DNA of 64,000 nucleotides, from NCBI GenBank assembly GCA_964607155.1, contig CAZSIF010000007.1, positions 21,808 through 85,807 on the forward strand, given 5' to 3'. The notes under the pieces were generated by a model, which saw nothing but the letters and a program-made list of their open reading frames with translations, was not told where the DNA came from and searched no databases. Below, piece after piece: positions 1-11,738 of this stretch; the stretch's first letter is position 1, and each line of letters begins with the position of its first letter. Source of the stretch: an uncultured Oscillospiraceae bacterium. Its GTDB lineage: Bacteria > Bacillota > Clostridia > Christensenellales > CAG-314. The position numbers and the translations under genes are program-made.

Positions 1-639
1 AAGCAAAACGTTTTGTAAAATACAAACAGAAAGCGAATAAAATGCAACTCGAAAAGCGTCAAACTTTTAGGGTTCACATCAGAATGCCCCGCCAAAGCAC
101 GACAAAAAAAATGCGACAAATTAAATCGAAACAAAAAAGCGGCAGCGAGAAAGAACAACGCCACCGCAGTATTTTAGATAACGATAGACGCACTCGGTGC
201 TTTGCTGCGATACCCATAAGCGAGCTTGTTACGGGCGCACTGTTGGATTACGGCGTTGCCATACGACAACATAAAACCACGAGGCAAGCCGAGATTTTTT
301 GCATGGGACTTTGCACCCTTTCCAGTGCGAACGAACGTCGGAACACGCTCAACAAACGGCAAAAAGGTTGTTTTGAGCCTTGATACAAGAATTATCAGAT
401 ATGAATATGCGAAAACAAGCAGTTATTTGAGTTTTGTAGTATAGTATGTCTGTAATAATATTCTACAAAATGGCAAATTCTGATACAATTTGGCGTTTTT
501 AACAGATTTTACGCTTTGCTCCACACGCAAAATATACCGCAGTAAAAACAACAAAAAACCACGAGGCAAAATGCCCCAAAAAGCAGAACGCGTGCACGTC
601 AAAATGCTTGAACGTGCACGCGCACCAATCACGCAAGGG

Positions 640-1095
640 TTACAAATCCTCGTTGAACTGCTCCACCGATACGCCCGCCTCCGCCAAAAGACGAAGGGCA
701 AAATCGTCGGGGTAGCCCTCTCGATAGACGATACGAGTTATGCCTGCATTGATAATTATTTTTGCGCAAATAACGCAGGGCTGATGTGTGCAGTAAAGCG
801 TTGCGCCTTCCAACACTGCGCCCAATCTGGCGGCTTGCACAATGGCGTTTTGTTCCGCGTGAACGGCATAACAAAGCTCGTGACGTGTACCGCTTTGAAT
901 ACCAAGTTTTTCGCGCATGCACTCGCCCCTATCACGACAACTTTGCACGCCCTGCGGCGCACCGTTATAACCAGTGGTTAGCACGCGCTTGTTTTTTACA
1001 ACAATTGCTCCGACGTGCCTATCGGTTTTGTGGCAGCTTGACCACTCGGCAACACGATAGGTTAAATCCATAAAACGTTTATCCCATTTATCCAT
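640..1095 (-). CDS. dCMP deaminase (ComEB/cytidine deaminase family)
   Basis: 151 aa with Zn motifs HAEQNA and PCVIC, plus VGAIVVK...TTGYNG. Confidence 0.9.
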   Translation of the reverse strand: MDKWDKRFMDLTYRVAEWSSCHKTDRHVGAIVVKNKRVLTTGYNGAPQGVQSCRDRGECMREKLGIQSGTRHELCYAVHAEQNAIVQAARLGAVLEGATLYCTHQPCVICAKIIINAGITRIVYREGYPDDFALRLLAEAGVSVEQFNEDL

Positions 1096-1142
1096 AAAAG
1101 AACCTCCGTTCTAAATGACGTTAAATAAATAAATTAAAGAAT

Positions 1143-1548
1143 AGATCCCGATGCGGATATGCTTTCGCCCGATGTCATTCTGAGCGAAGCGTAGCGAAGT
1201 CGAACTGCGTAGCAGTGCGAGGTGGCAACCGAGCAGAATCTAAGGGCGGTAATTGATTATGTTAATAGAACAATCCCTCCGTCGCAGCACAGCTGCACCA
1301 CCTCCCTTTACACAAGGGAGGCTTTCTTTCGGTATGCATTATTTATGTGTCTTGGTGGCAATATATAGTAGATCCCGATGCTTGCGCATCGCCCTATCGG
1401 GTTCGACTGCGTGCTTGCGCACTCCGCTCAGGATGACACAGGAATGGTATGAATTTCTTTTTAACAAAGAAAATGCACTATACCAAACTATATTACATCA
1501 AATCAATTACAAATAAGTCGTAGAATTCGCCCTTCGCTCAGGATGACA
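1143..1548 (+). repeat. composite palindromic repeat cluster (modules A-C-B)
   Basis: A = TGTCATTCTGAGCG...GTCGAAC...GAATCT; C = ACAATCCCTC...CCCTTTACACAAGGGAG; B = AGATCCCGATGC...GTTCGAC...CGCTCAGGATGACA. Confidence 0.9.
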
Positions 1549-2026
1549 TTGTACATCGATAGAAACACACAATTAACCGCTTAAAAATTGCAAATGCCGC
1601 TAAACAAACAACCATTGTAACAAAAAAAAGACGCGCCACGACAACGGCAATCAATAAGGTATATATATTATATCAACAATCGAACCATTTATCAACGATT
1701 TTTTTGCACAAGACTTACAATCACTATAAATATCCGCCGAACGTCGCTAAAACAAACATCTTTTCGACCTAACTCGACAAAAAATTCCTTCAAACGCAAT
1801 CTATAATACCCTTTACAGCACGTTTGCCACAAGTCAATGCTTTTATAAAATAAGACGAAAGGTTTTTCTGAAAAAAAACGTGTAAATTGTGTTGACTTTC
1901 AAAAAAACACCAACTCAAACACGATAATTACCGATATCAGTAGAAACACCGACACAGTTCGCTACAAGGTAATGCTTTTATAAAATAAGCTGAAAGTTTT
2001 TTCTGCAAAAATACGCCTAAATTGTG

Positions 2027-2054
2027 TTGACTTTTTGGCAAAGTGTAGTATAAT
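2027..2054 (+). promoter_or_regulatory. sigma-A promoter of groESL
   Basis: TTGACT (2027-2032), 16 bp, TATAAT (2049-2054), directly before the CIRCE. Confidence 0.75.
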
Positions 2055-2058
2055 AGGG

Positions 2059-2085
2059 TTAGCAGTCGAACGACGGGAGTGCTAA
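2059..2085 (+). promoter_or_regulatory. CIRCE element (HrcA operator)
   Basis: TTAGCAGTC-N9-GAGTGCTAA, one mismatch to TTAGCACTC-N9-GAGTGCTAA, upstream of groES. Confidence 0.92.
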
Positions 2086-2152
2086 ACACCTCAAAAACGC
2101 TTGGCATTACCGCTGCAAGACAATACATAAAATATTTTTTCGGAGGCGAAAA

Positions 2153-2437
2153 ATGAAACTTAAACCACTTTTTGACAAGGTTGTTGTTAAAAAACTCGAA
2201 GAAAAAGAACAAAGCGTCGGCGGAATCTTTTTGCCCACTGCCGCTCAGGAAAAGCAAGAAGTTGCCGTTGTTATTGCCGTGGGCGAAGGCGGTATCGTTG
2301 ACGGAAAAGAAATCAAAATGGTTGTTAACGTTGGCGACAAGGTTTTGTACAGCAAGTACGCAGGCAGCCAGTTCAAAATTGACGGCGAGGAAGTTACCAT
2401 CGTTAAGCAAAGCGACATCCTTGCAATTGTAGAGTAA
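2153..2437 (+). CDS. groES: co-chaperonin GroES
   Basis: MKLKPLFDKVVV...GGIFLP...GDKVLYSKYAG...DILAIVE; GGAGG RBS. Confidence 0.97.
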   Translation: MKLKPLFDKVVVKKLEEKEQSVGGIFLPTAAQEKQEVAVVIAVGEGGIVDGKEIKMVVNVGDKVLYSKYAGSQFKIDGEEVTIVKQSDILAIVE

Positions 2438-2442
2438 TTTAG

Positions 2443-4074
<1,632 letters not shown>

Positions 4075-4107
4075 GCCACAATAAAGCATAATATAACAAA
4101 AACAAAC

Positions 4108-4140
4108 AAAATCCCCGAAGCAAAAACTTCGGGGATTTTT
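4108..4140 (+). terminator. intrinsic terminator of groESL
   Basis: AAAATCCCCGAAG-caaaaa-CTTCGGGGATTTTT. Confidence 0.85.
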
Positions 4141-4158
4141 GGGTAAAAAAGAAGAAGT

Positions 4159-4334
4159 AGATCCCGATGCTGGCGCATCGCCATATCGGCTAATGCTTGC
4201 GTATGTGATGGCAGAAAGAAAGATGGTTGCAAAAAGACGAATAATATATTTTTGCTTGATTATTAGTAGATCCCGATGCTTCGCATCGCCCTACGGGTTC
4301 GACTGCGTGCTGTCGCACTCCGCTCAGGATGACA
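4159..4334 (+). repeat. repeat module B (partial and full copies)
   Basis: AGATCCCGATGC...CGCTCAGGATGACA. Confidence 0.9.
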
Positions 4335-4545
4335 CTTGAATGTGGGGATAACTTTAATCCGACTTTTTATATGGATAGATTTAATTATAACAATTTCTTT
4401 TCCACTACCGTTCGATTATCTCAAAACAACACGCAAATAAGCAATTACCGAGCAACGACGCGCAGTCAGTTCCAATATCATCTCAAAAAAGTGCACAAAC
4501 AAACAATTAGCAAGCAGCTAATGCGCAGTCAGCTCTAACATCATA

Positions 4546-5424
4546 TCAAAGCAACGCGCAAATGATTTCCGCAATGACGCCGCACAGCACGCCGGCAAGG
4601 TACAAAATTGCAACAATAAGCAAGTTGCGTTTTTTGTGGGATTTATCTTTGAAAAGAACAGTTAACGCAATGCCGCTATTAGAAACAAGTCCGGCAAGCA
4701 TTGCCGCAAAGGAAATAAGGCTGCCGCCGCTTGCGCCCTCCGACATGTACATGCCCGTGATAATAACGCTGCTTGCGCAATTGGGAACAAGCCCTATCGC
4801 CGCCGTGAAAAGGCTTTGGAATACGCCCAATTTGGCAGTAAACTGCATGATGGGTTGCTCAAAATAATGCAACAGTAATCCAAAAATCGCCGTTACAACA
4901 AAAATGTACACGAAAATTTTTGCGGTGTGCAATATCGGGTGCTTTACAAAACTCCAAAAGCCCTTGTGCTCGCCGTGAATATCGTGATGGCAACAGCCTT
5001 CGTCATCGTGCGTTTCGTACTCGGTGGCAAGCTGACGACGGTCGAAAGCGTTGATAACGTACCCCAACGCCACCGCATACAGCAGCTTTACCAAAACCAC
5101 AATCCAAACCACTCCGACGGTTTTGCTGCTTGAAAGAAGCAACGGCAACGCCTCGTCGCTGGTGGCAACAAAAAAGGCAATGAGCGTACCGCTTTTTAGA
5201 AAGCCCTGACAGTACAAGTCGGTTGCCATAACGGAAAAACCGCACTGCGGCACAAGCCCCACTCCGCCGGCAACCAACGGGGCAAGCTTGCCGTTTAGCA
5301 ACCTTACCGTTTTGTTTTTCAATCGACTGTTAGTTTCCAACAGCTCGATAACTAAATATATCGCCAGCAAAAAGGGCAATATTTTTGCGCTGTCTATTAG
5401 CGCGTCAAGAATAACTTCCCACAT
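4546..5424 (-). CDS. putative metal (Mn/arsenic) transporter, ArsP_2/DUF2899-like permease
   Basis: multi-TM protein with GLVPQCGFSV, ATSDEA, a His-rich loop GCCHHDIHGEH and GLVPNCASSV. Confidence 0.7.
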   Translation of the reverse strand: MWEVILDALIDSAKILPFLLAIYLVIELLETNSRLKNKTVRLLNGKLAPLVAGGVGLVPQCGFSVMATDLYCQGFLKSGTLIAFFVATSDEALPLLLSSSKTVGVVWIVVLVKLLYAVALGYVINAFDRRQLATEYETHDDEGCCHHDIHGEHKGFWSFVKHPILHTAKIFVYIFVVTAIFGLLLHYFEQPIMQFTAKLGVFQSLFTAAIGLVPNCASSVIITGMYMSEGASGGSLISFAAMLAGLVSNSGIALTVLFKDKSHKKRNLLIVAILYLAGVLCGVIAEIICALL

Positions 5425-5444
5425 GTTACACTAAATAATCCCAA

Positions 5445-6125
5445 TTAGTCCTCGCCTTTGGTGGCGTCTAAATCCAGTTTAAGTTCGCCTTGCGTAGCCG
5501 TTAGCCCTAAATCTCTGCAAATATCCGCAAGCGATTGCGTGGGCGCAACAAGCTCCCTAAGGTCGATGGCGTGTCCACTGACCTGCTCCATACGCTTGAT
5601 GGGATTGTGCGACGGAACTTGTTTTTCGTCAGCAGACTTTGCCGACGTATCTGCCGTCTTTGCCTCATTTGAACTTGTCTGTTCGTCTGCCGCCTTGCGA
5701 GATAAGTCCGCCGATTGCTCCGCCACATTTTTGCCTTCGTAAGCGTTGATTAACTTTTCAATCTTAACGATAACGGAGTTTAGCTGCTGCACTTCGGAAT
5801 CGGAAAGCGACGCCACCAACGTTTGCGTGTACGCCTGCCACGCCGCATAAAAAATCTTAGCGCGAGTTAGCACGATATCGCTGTACTTTTCCGCATCGTT
5901 TTTTAACTTATCCGCCAACTCCTGCGAGGTGATAAGCGCGCGCGATACGGCTTGCTCGTCCTCTTGATACTTTTCCACTTGCTTGGTAAGACGTTCGTTT
6001 TGCTCAACCAACTCCGCAATGCGCTCCCGTTGCGCTTGCATTGCCTTTTGGTCGGCATCGTTTTTTTCCACAAATTGCTTGACCTGCTTTTTATTAAAGC
6101 CGAAAAGCGATTTTTTGAATTTCAT
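5445..6125 (-). CDS. DivIVA-domain coiled-coil protein
   Basis: N-terminal FKKSLFGFNKKQVKQFVE DivIVA signature followed by a coiled coil. Confidence 0.65.
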   Translation of the reverse strand: MKFKKSLFGFNKKQVKQFVEKNDADQKAMQAQRERIAELVEQNERLTKQVEKYQEDEQAVSRALITSQELADKLKNDAEKYSDIVLTRAKIFYAAWQAYTQTLVASLSDSEVQQLNSVIVKIEKLINAYEGKNVAEQSADLSRKAADEQTSSNEAKTADTSAKSADEKQVPSHNPIKRMEQVSGHAIDLRELVAPTQSLADICRDLGLTATQGELKLDLDATKGED

Positions 6126-6418
6126 AATTTACCTCTGCTGTTATTTAACACATTTATTCCGCCAAAACCGTCAAATAAGCCTTTCTGCCCGAATAGACTG
6201 CCGTTTTATGACGAAAATCGTACGAATATAAACAATTATGACTGTAATTGTATTATGCAAAAAGCCGATTTTTGTGGTAATTGCCGCGTTTTGCAAGAAT
6301 TCTGCCAATGTAATACAAATTTTTTAGCACACATCACACTACTTGTGAACGCACAAAACGCCGATTTGACACAAGCCTTACACTGCCGCCAAACGCCACA
6401 AACCAAGCAAGCCGCAAA

Positions 6419-7867
6419 CTATTTTTCGCCACGGCTTTGGAAAATGAGCTGTTGTTTGAGTTCGTACAGCTTATCCGAAAGGTCAACCTTGTACTGATGC
6501 GGCTGCGACAAACGCAGGTATTCTTCCCAGAACATATCCACGCTTTGCTTGCAGTGCGCCGCATGTTCGTAGGTGGATTTGGGTTGATACACGCACTTGC
6601 CGTCCACAAACACGTCTTCGTACAGTTCCTTAGCGTAAAAGTTTACCACTTCTTTTGTTTTCCACCGCTCTATCGGATGGGTAATGACAAGGTTTTTGCT
6701 ATCGTCAATAACCTCGCCTTCCAGCGCAATAAGGTCGGCAATAGCCTTGCCGGTATCTCTGCCGATAAGCCTGTACACCGTCTTTTTGCCTGGGTTGGTT
6801 ACCTTGACGGGGTTATCGGAAATTTTCATTTTGGGGTAGTCCACGCCATCAACACGCAGGTTGGAAAGCTTGTACACTCCGCCCAAACTCGGCGTGTTGT
6901 TGCTTGTTATCATGCGAGTTCCCACACCGAAAATATCTATTTTTGCGCCCTGTTGCTTTAAGGATTCCAACACATATTCGTCGATATCCGAGCTGGCAAA
7001 AATTTTGCAATCGGCGTGACCGGCATCGTCCAACATCTTGCGAGCTTGCTTGGACAGATATGCCAAGTCGCCGCTATCCAAACGAATGCCCACCGGCTTG
7101 TAGCCCTTGCCCTTTAAGTAGTCGAAAACCTTTATCGCATTAGGCACGCCGCTGCCCAACGTGTCGTAGGTATCCACAAGCAGCAAGCAGTTTTCCGGAT
7201 AGGTATCGGCATACGCCATGAACGCATCCAACTCCGTGGGGAAGGACATAACCCAGCTGTGAGCGTGCGTTCCCTTGGGCGGAAGGTCAAACATCTTTGC
7301 ACAAAGCACGTTGCTTGTGGAACTGCATCCGCCGATGACCGCCGCCCTTGCACCGAATATACTTGCATCGGGGGCTTGTGCACGGCGCAAACCGAACTCC
7401 AAAACCGAAGCCGGACTTGCCGCATAGCAAATACGACGAGCTTTGGTGGCAATAAGCGTTTGAAAGTTGACAATGTTAAGCAATGCCGCTTCCAACAACT
7501 GCGCCTGACAAATGGGTGCGGTTACAACCATGAGCGGCTCGTAGGGGAACACAACAGTGCCTTCCGAGACCGCCTTTATGCTGCCGGTAAACCGAAAATC
7601 TTTTAGCCAAGCCAAAAAATCCTCGTCGAAGGCGTTAGTATTACGCAAGTAGTCGATTTCCTCTTGACCGAAATGTATGTTTTGAATGTACTCCACAGCT
7701 TGTTGCAAGCCTGCGGCAATGCAAAAGTTGCTTTCCGGATAGGGGCGGAAAAACACGTCGAAGGTGGCAATTTGGTCGCTTTTGCCGTGCTTGAAGTACC
7801 CGTACATCATAGTTAACTCGTAAAAGTCTGTGAGTAATGCTAAATTTCTGTTATCAGATTGTTTCAT
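6419..7867 (-). CDS. pncB: nicotinate phosphoribosyltransferase
   Basis: LLTDFYELTM, EFGLRRAQ, GTHAHSWV, LVDTYDT, GIRLDSGD motifs. Confidence 0.95.
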   Translation of the reverse strand: MKQSDNRNLALLTDFYELTMMYGYFKHGKSDQIATFDVFFRPYPESNFCIAAGLQQAVEYIQNIHFGQEEIDYLRNTNAFDEDFLAWLKDFRFTGSIKAVSEGTVVFPYEPLMVVTAPICQAQLLEAALLNIVNFQTLIATKARRICYAASPASVLEFGLRRAQAPDASIFGARAAVIGGCSSTSNVLCAKMFDLPPKGTHAHSWVMSFPTELDAFMAYADTYPENCLLLVDTYDTLGSGVPNAIKVFDYLKGKGYKPVGIRLDSGDLAYLSKQARKMLDDAGHADCKIFASSDIDEYVLESLKQQGAKIDIFGVGTRMITSNNTPSLGGVYKLSNLRVDGVDYPKMKISDNPVKVTNPGKKTVYRLIGRDTGKAIADLIALEGEVIDDSKNLVITHPIERWKTKEVVNFYAKELYEDVFVDGKCVYQPKSTYEHAAHCKQSVDMFWEEYLRLSQPHQYKVDLSDKLYELKQQLIFQSRGEK

Positions 7868-7916
7868 TTTTCTATTCCTTCTTTGTTTTACAAAACATTT
7901 TTTGCATTTTTAACGC

Positions 7917-8120
7917 AAAGCCGATTTTATTATTTGACCAATAAGACAACTGTCGTGTGCACCGCACAAAACCGATTTTGTCATTCGACTGCTAAGCCAG
8001 TTGCCACATACATCGCACAAGGCTAATTTTATCATTTGAGCACTAAGGCAGCCGACGTGCGCATAATGCAAAGCCGATTGCGCCATTCGACTGTTAAGAC
8101 AACTGCAATGTGCACAGCTC
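7917..8120. repeat. degenerate 51-bp tandem repeat, 4 copies
   Basis: CCGATTTT-like anchors at 7921, 7972, 8023, 8074 (period 51). Confidence 0.75.
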
Positions 8121-8155
8121 AATGCCAACTCCGTGCGTGTCGCACAAAAAGCGTG

Positions 8156-9700
8156 TTACGCCTTGGCTGTCTTGGATAACTTTTCAGGATCTACCCACTC
8201 TTTTAGGTTCTCCACGCCGTAATCACGATACTGTACGGGCGGGAACAAGAACGCCAAAAAGCTGTTCATACGCACGCTATAAATTTTGCCGCAATCGCAA
8301 TTAACTTGCAGTTCCAACGCTTCCGGAGCAAGCCCGACAAGCGCTTTATAGGAGGGAACAAGTTTGAAGTAGCCCACAGCGCAGCCCAAAACAAACAGCA
8401 CAACTGCAAGCACAACGCCGTTGGAGATATCGCACGCAATGCCCCAATAGGTTAGCGAGAACACGCCAAAGGCAAACATCACGGCGAACAGCGACATATA
8501 CACAATCACTTCCGTTAGGCGAGCTTGATAGTCGCTGACCAGCTTGCCGCTTACCTTGCGGCAACCGCACGACGAGCAATACAAGCGCAATCTGTCGCAA
8601 ATTGCCCAAACGCCCAGTGCGCAGTACACGGCGACAATCAGCAAAACAACCCCGATAAGCACCTTGGTCGCACCGCCCAAGCTTAGCATTACAACGCCAA
8701 TAGCTGCGGCAACAACAGCAACCGCACCGACAACAAACCGAGATTTTTGTAACATAGCCCTTTCCGAACGGAACAGCCTCGAATACAGCTCGAACAGTTG
8801 CTTGCGGTAAATTTTGCTTAACGTCCACAAGCCGAAAGCTATCGTGCAGACGGACACCAACTGCGAAATTTTGATATCCGTCATATAGCTGCCCACATAC
8901 AGATACAAGCTATCCGAACGCATTCCTTCGATGACGATACGCACAATGCCGTAGTAAATTCCGTAGAAAGCCGAGCACCAACCAAGTTTATACTTTTTGC
9001 TGCGAGTTAGCACCAGCACGCACACCAAAAAGCCAATCAGCGTGCAAACGCTTTCGTAAAAGAACGTGGCCTGATACCAGCCCGAACCGGAGCTGCCGTT
9101 GTTTATCCAAACGGCGTACATATTAAAGCCGTGGTCGGAGCCGTTGCCCAAAAACTCCAAGAAGTTTGGCAATGCGTTATAGTCGGTGGTTATCAGATTG
9201 CCGTACGCTTCCATATTGGCAAAGTTGCCCCAACGTCCCAAGCTTTGAGCCAAAAACAGTCCCGGCATAACGGAATCCACCACGATGCGGAAGTCCTGCT
9301 TTTTAATTTTGCAAACCACAAAGCCGGCAACGTAACCCATAATCACGCCGCCGTAGATGCCCAATCCGCCCGAACGGAAGTTAAAGTACTCCGACCAGCT
9401 GACGACGTTATCCGCCCAAGGGAATATGAAAATATACGCACGAGCACCAAGCACGCCGATGGGAATTATCGCCAAGGCGTAGATGGTTATATCGTACGGA
9501 TCGTAGCCACGCTTTTTGAAATAGTGCGCGCCGATAAGTATTGCCAAGCACATGCCCGTTACTATGCACAGTGCGTACACATAGATGGGATAGTTAAAAA
9601 TGTACAAAGCCGGATGCGAGCAAACCCACTTGAATCCGAACGCGGAACTGCCCCACTCGAAACCGTTTGTTTGCGTAAAAAGTAAATTAAGCAAAACCAA
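8156..9700 (-). CDS. lgt: prolipoprotein diacylglyceryl transferase with long C-terminal membrane extension
   Basis: GARAY, GGLGIYGG, QSLGRWGNFANMEAYG, FFYES and RIVIEGMR motifs; ~220 extra C-terminal aa; start uncertain. Confidence 0.88.
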   Translation of the reverse strand: MVLLNLLFTQTNGFEWGSSAFGFKWVCSHPALYIFNYPIYVYALCIVTGMCLAILIGAHYFKKRGYDPYDITIYALAIIPIGVLGARAYIFIFPWADNVVSWSEYFNFRSGGLGIYGGVIMGYVAGFVVCKIKKQDFRIVVDSVMPGLFLAQSLGRWGNFANMEAYGNLITTDYNALPNFLEFLGNGSDHGFNMYAVWINNGSSGSGWYQATFFYESVCTLIGFLVCVLVLTRSKKYKLGWCSAFYGIYYGIVRIVIEGMRSDSLYLYVGSYMTDIKISQLVSVCTIAFGLWTLSKIYRKQLFELYSRLFRSERAMLQKSRFVVGAVAVVAAAIGVVMLSLGGATKVLIGVVLLIVAVYCALGVWAICDRLRLYCSSCGCRKVSGKLVSDYQARLTEVIVYMSLFAVMFAFGVFSLTYWGIACDISNGVVLAVVLFVLGCAVGYFKLVPSYKALVGLAPEALELQVNCDCGKIYSVRMNSFLAFLFPPVQYRDYGVENLKEWVDPEKLSKTAKA

Positions 9701-9863
9701 GTACCTTCTGTAATTATTATTACTATATATTTTACTATTTTACAGTGGTTGTGTCAATAATTTTTACGTCGCAACAGCCCATAACCATTGCAGGTTATTT
9801 TCATTTTTTGCGTTATACATAAAAACGGTGGAAAAATACCGATATGTGTGGTATAATAACAGA

Positions 9864-11738
9864 ATGAACAACGAAAAAACAAAACCGAATACAACTGCGG
9901 ACGCTGCGTCCGACATGGGCACATCGGCTGAACCATTGCAAGGCGACAACACGTTGCATGCAACAAGCGTGCCGACTTCCGCCGACACGAACACGCCGAC
10001 CGTTATTGCAACTGCGCCGAGTGACGATACAAGTGACGATACAAGTGCGCCCACTGACGGCACAAACATACCCAGTGTCGCCGACAACAGCACGGCGGAA
10101 AAATCTGCCAAGCGTAGGAACGACAAGCTAAACCGCGCAGATATCGACATGGCAAATGCTACAAACAAAGTCGAGCGCAAGCGTGAAAAACGCATGCAAC
10201 GGCAAGCGCGGTCAAATCAAAACCGCGCAGATATCGACACGATAAAAGCAGAACGCAAGCACAACAGGCTTTTGCAACGTCAAGCACGGTTGGAGCAAAA
10301 CCGCGCAGATATCAACACGGCAAAAGCTACAAACAAAGCCGAGCGCAAGCGTGAAAAACGCATGCAACGGCAAGCGCGGTCAAATCAAAAGTGCAAAAAG
10401 GACGAGCAGTTGCCGCAAGAAATACGGTTGCAGCGCAAGCTGGAAGCCATTGCCAACCTTCAACAGAACAACAAGCGTTGGTACAGGTTGGATAACGCCG
10501 CACTGATGTATCCGCTTGTGGCGCGTGGCGAAAGCATATCTATTTTTAGGGTGTCAGCCCTACTTAAAGAGCCTGTTAACCCCATTGAATTGCAATATGC
10601 GGTTAACGACATTGCGCCACGCTTCCCCACGCTTTGCGGCAGTGTTAAAAACGGGCTGTTTTGGCCGTATATCGAGCGACCGACCATACCCATCATAGCA
10701 AAGCCGCAATCGAAAGTCCCGGGGCGACCGATGAAGGTGGACGGAAAGCACTCGCAAGTACGCGTGAACTACTTCGGCAACGAAGTTTCGGTGGAGTTTT
10801 TTCACTCGGCAACGGACGGAACGGGCGGAATTATATTCCTAAACTCGCTGCTGCGCAGATATTTCCAGCGCATAGGCAAGACGGTGGACGACCAAACCAA
10901 CTGTTTTGACTACCGAGATGTGCCGTCGCTGGAGGAAATTCGCGACAACTTTGCAAACGTTGCCGTGCGGAAAAATCCGCCACCCTGCCCGAAAGCCGTT
11001 AAGGTTAGCAAAATCAACGGAACGCCGCACAAAAACAAAAAGTATATCACTGTGCGAGGCGTTTGCAGCGCAACGCAACTGAAAGAGGCGGCACACCGTC
11101 ATAACGCCACCGTCACTCAGTTTTTGGGCGCATTGCAACTGCTTGCTTTGGACAGGCTATCCACGGTAACCAACTCCACGCAAAAAAAGCCCATTAGGGT
11201 TATGATTCCCGTTAACCTACGCAAAATTTTCAACGTGGAAACAATACGAAATTTTTCCAGCTATATATTTTACCAATACAACGGGCAAACGGATATCGAC
11301 GAGATTATTGCCGACATACGCAACCAAGAAAAGGAACAGCTTAACGAAAACTATTTTAAGGGAATGGTTAGCTTTAACTACAACAACGGCAATTTGCCGA
11401 TACTTAAAATTGCGCCGCTTTCCCTTAAACGCGCGGTGATGTCCGCAATAGTGAGCAACCAAGGGGACGGCAAGGTTAACAACTCGACCTTTTCTAACTT
11501 GGGGCAGATAAAAGCACCCAAGGAATTTGCCGATTTGGTGGTTCGGTACGACTTTATGCTTGGCAAACCGGCAAAAAACACCAACAACTTTACGGCATCC
11601 ACCTTTAACGACGTGTGCGTGATTGCCGTTACCAATCCGTTTTTGGAAAAGGATTGCGAAAGATTGTTCTTCCGCGAGCTTGCCAAAGCCGGAGTGGACA
11701 TTGCCGTTGAAAGCGACATTTGGGAGGACGCAGAATGA
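9864..11738 (+). CDS. alcohol acetyltransferase/condensation-like acyltransferase with low-complexity N-terminal extension
   Basis: WYRLDNAA, catalytic HxxxDG (FHSATDGTG), IPVNLR and RNFS motifs; start uncertain (9828 or 9864). Confidence 0.75.
   Translation: MNNEKTKPNTTADAASDMGTSAEPLQGDNTLHATSVPTSADTNTPTVIATAPSDDTSDDTSAPTDGTNIPSVADNSTAEKSAKRRNDKLNRADIDMANATNKVERKREKRMQRQARSNQNRADIDTIKAERKHNRLLQRQARLEQNRADINTAKATNKAERKREKRMQRQARSNQKCKKDEQLPQEIRLQRKLEAIANLQQNNKRWYRLDNAALMYPLVARGESISIFRVSALLKEPVNPIELQYAVNDIAPRFPTLCGSVKNGLFWPYIERPTIPIIAKPQSKVPGRPMKVDGKHSQVRVNYFGNEVSVEFFHSATDGTGGIIFLNSLLRRYFQRIGKTVDDQTNCFDYRDVPSLEEIRDNFANVAVRKNPPPCPKAVKVSKINGTPHKNKKYITVRGVCSATQLKEAAHRHNATVTQFLGALQLLALDRLSTVTNSTQKKPIRVMIPVNLRKIFNVETIRNFSSYIFYQYNGQTDIDEIIADIRNQEKEQLNENYFKGMVSFNYNNGNLPILKIAPLSLKRAVMSAIVSNQGDGKVNNSTFSNLGQIKAPKEFADLVVRYDFMLGKPAKNTNNFTASTFNDVCVIAVTNPFLEKDCERLFFRELAKAGVDIAVESDIWEDAE

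Noticed and set aside
7917-8120. 51-bp and 40-bp (60790-61005) arrays as CRISPR
   Set aside because: Whole units are degenerate copies of each other, with no constant repeat plus unique spacer structure
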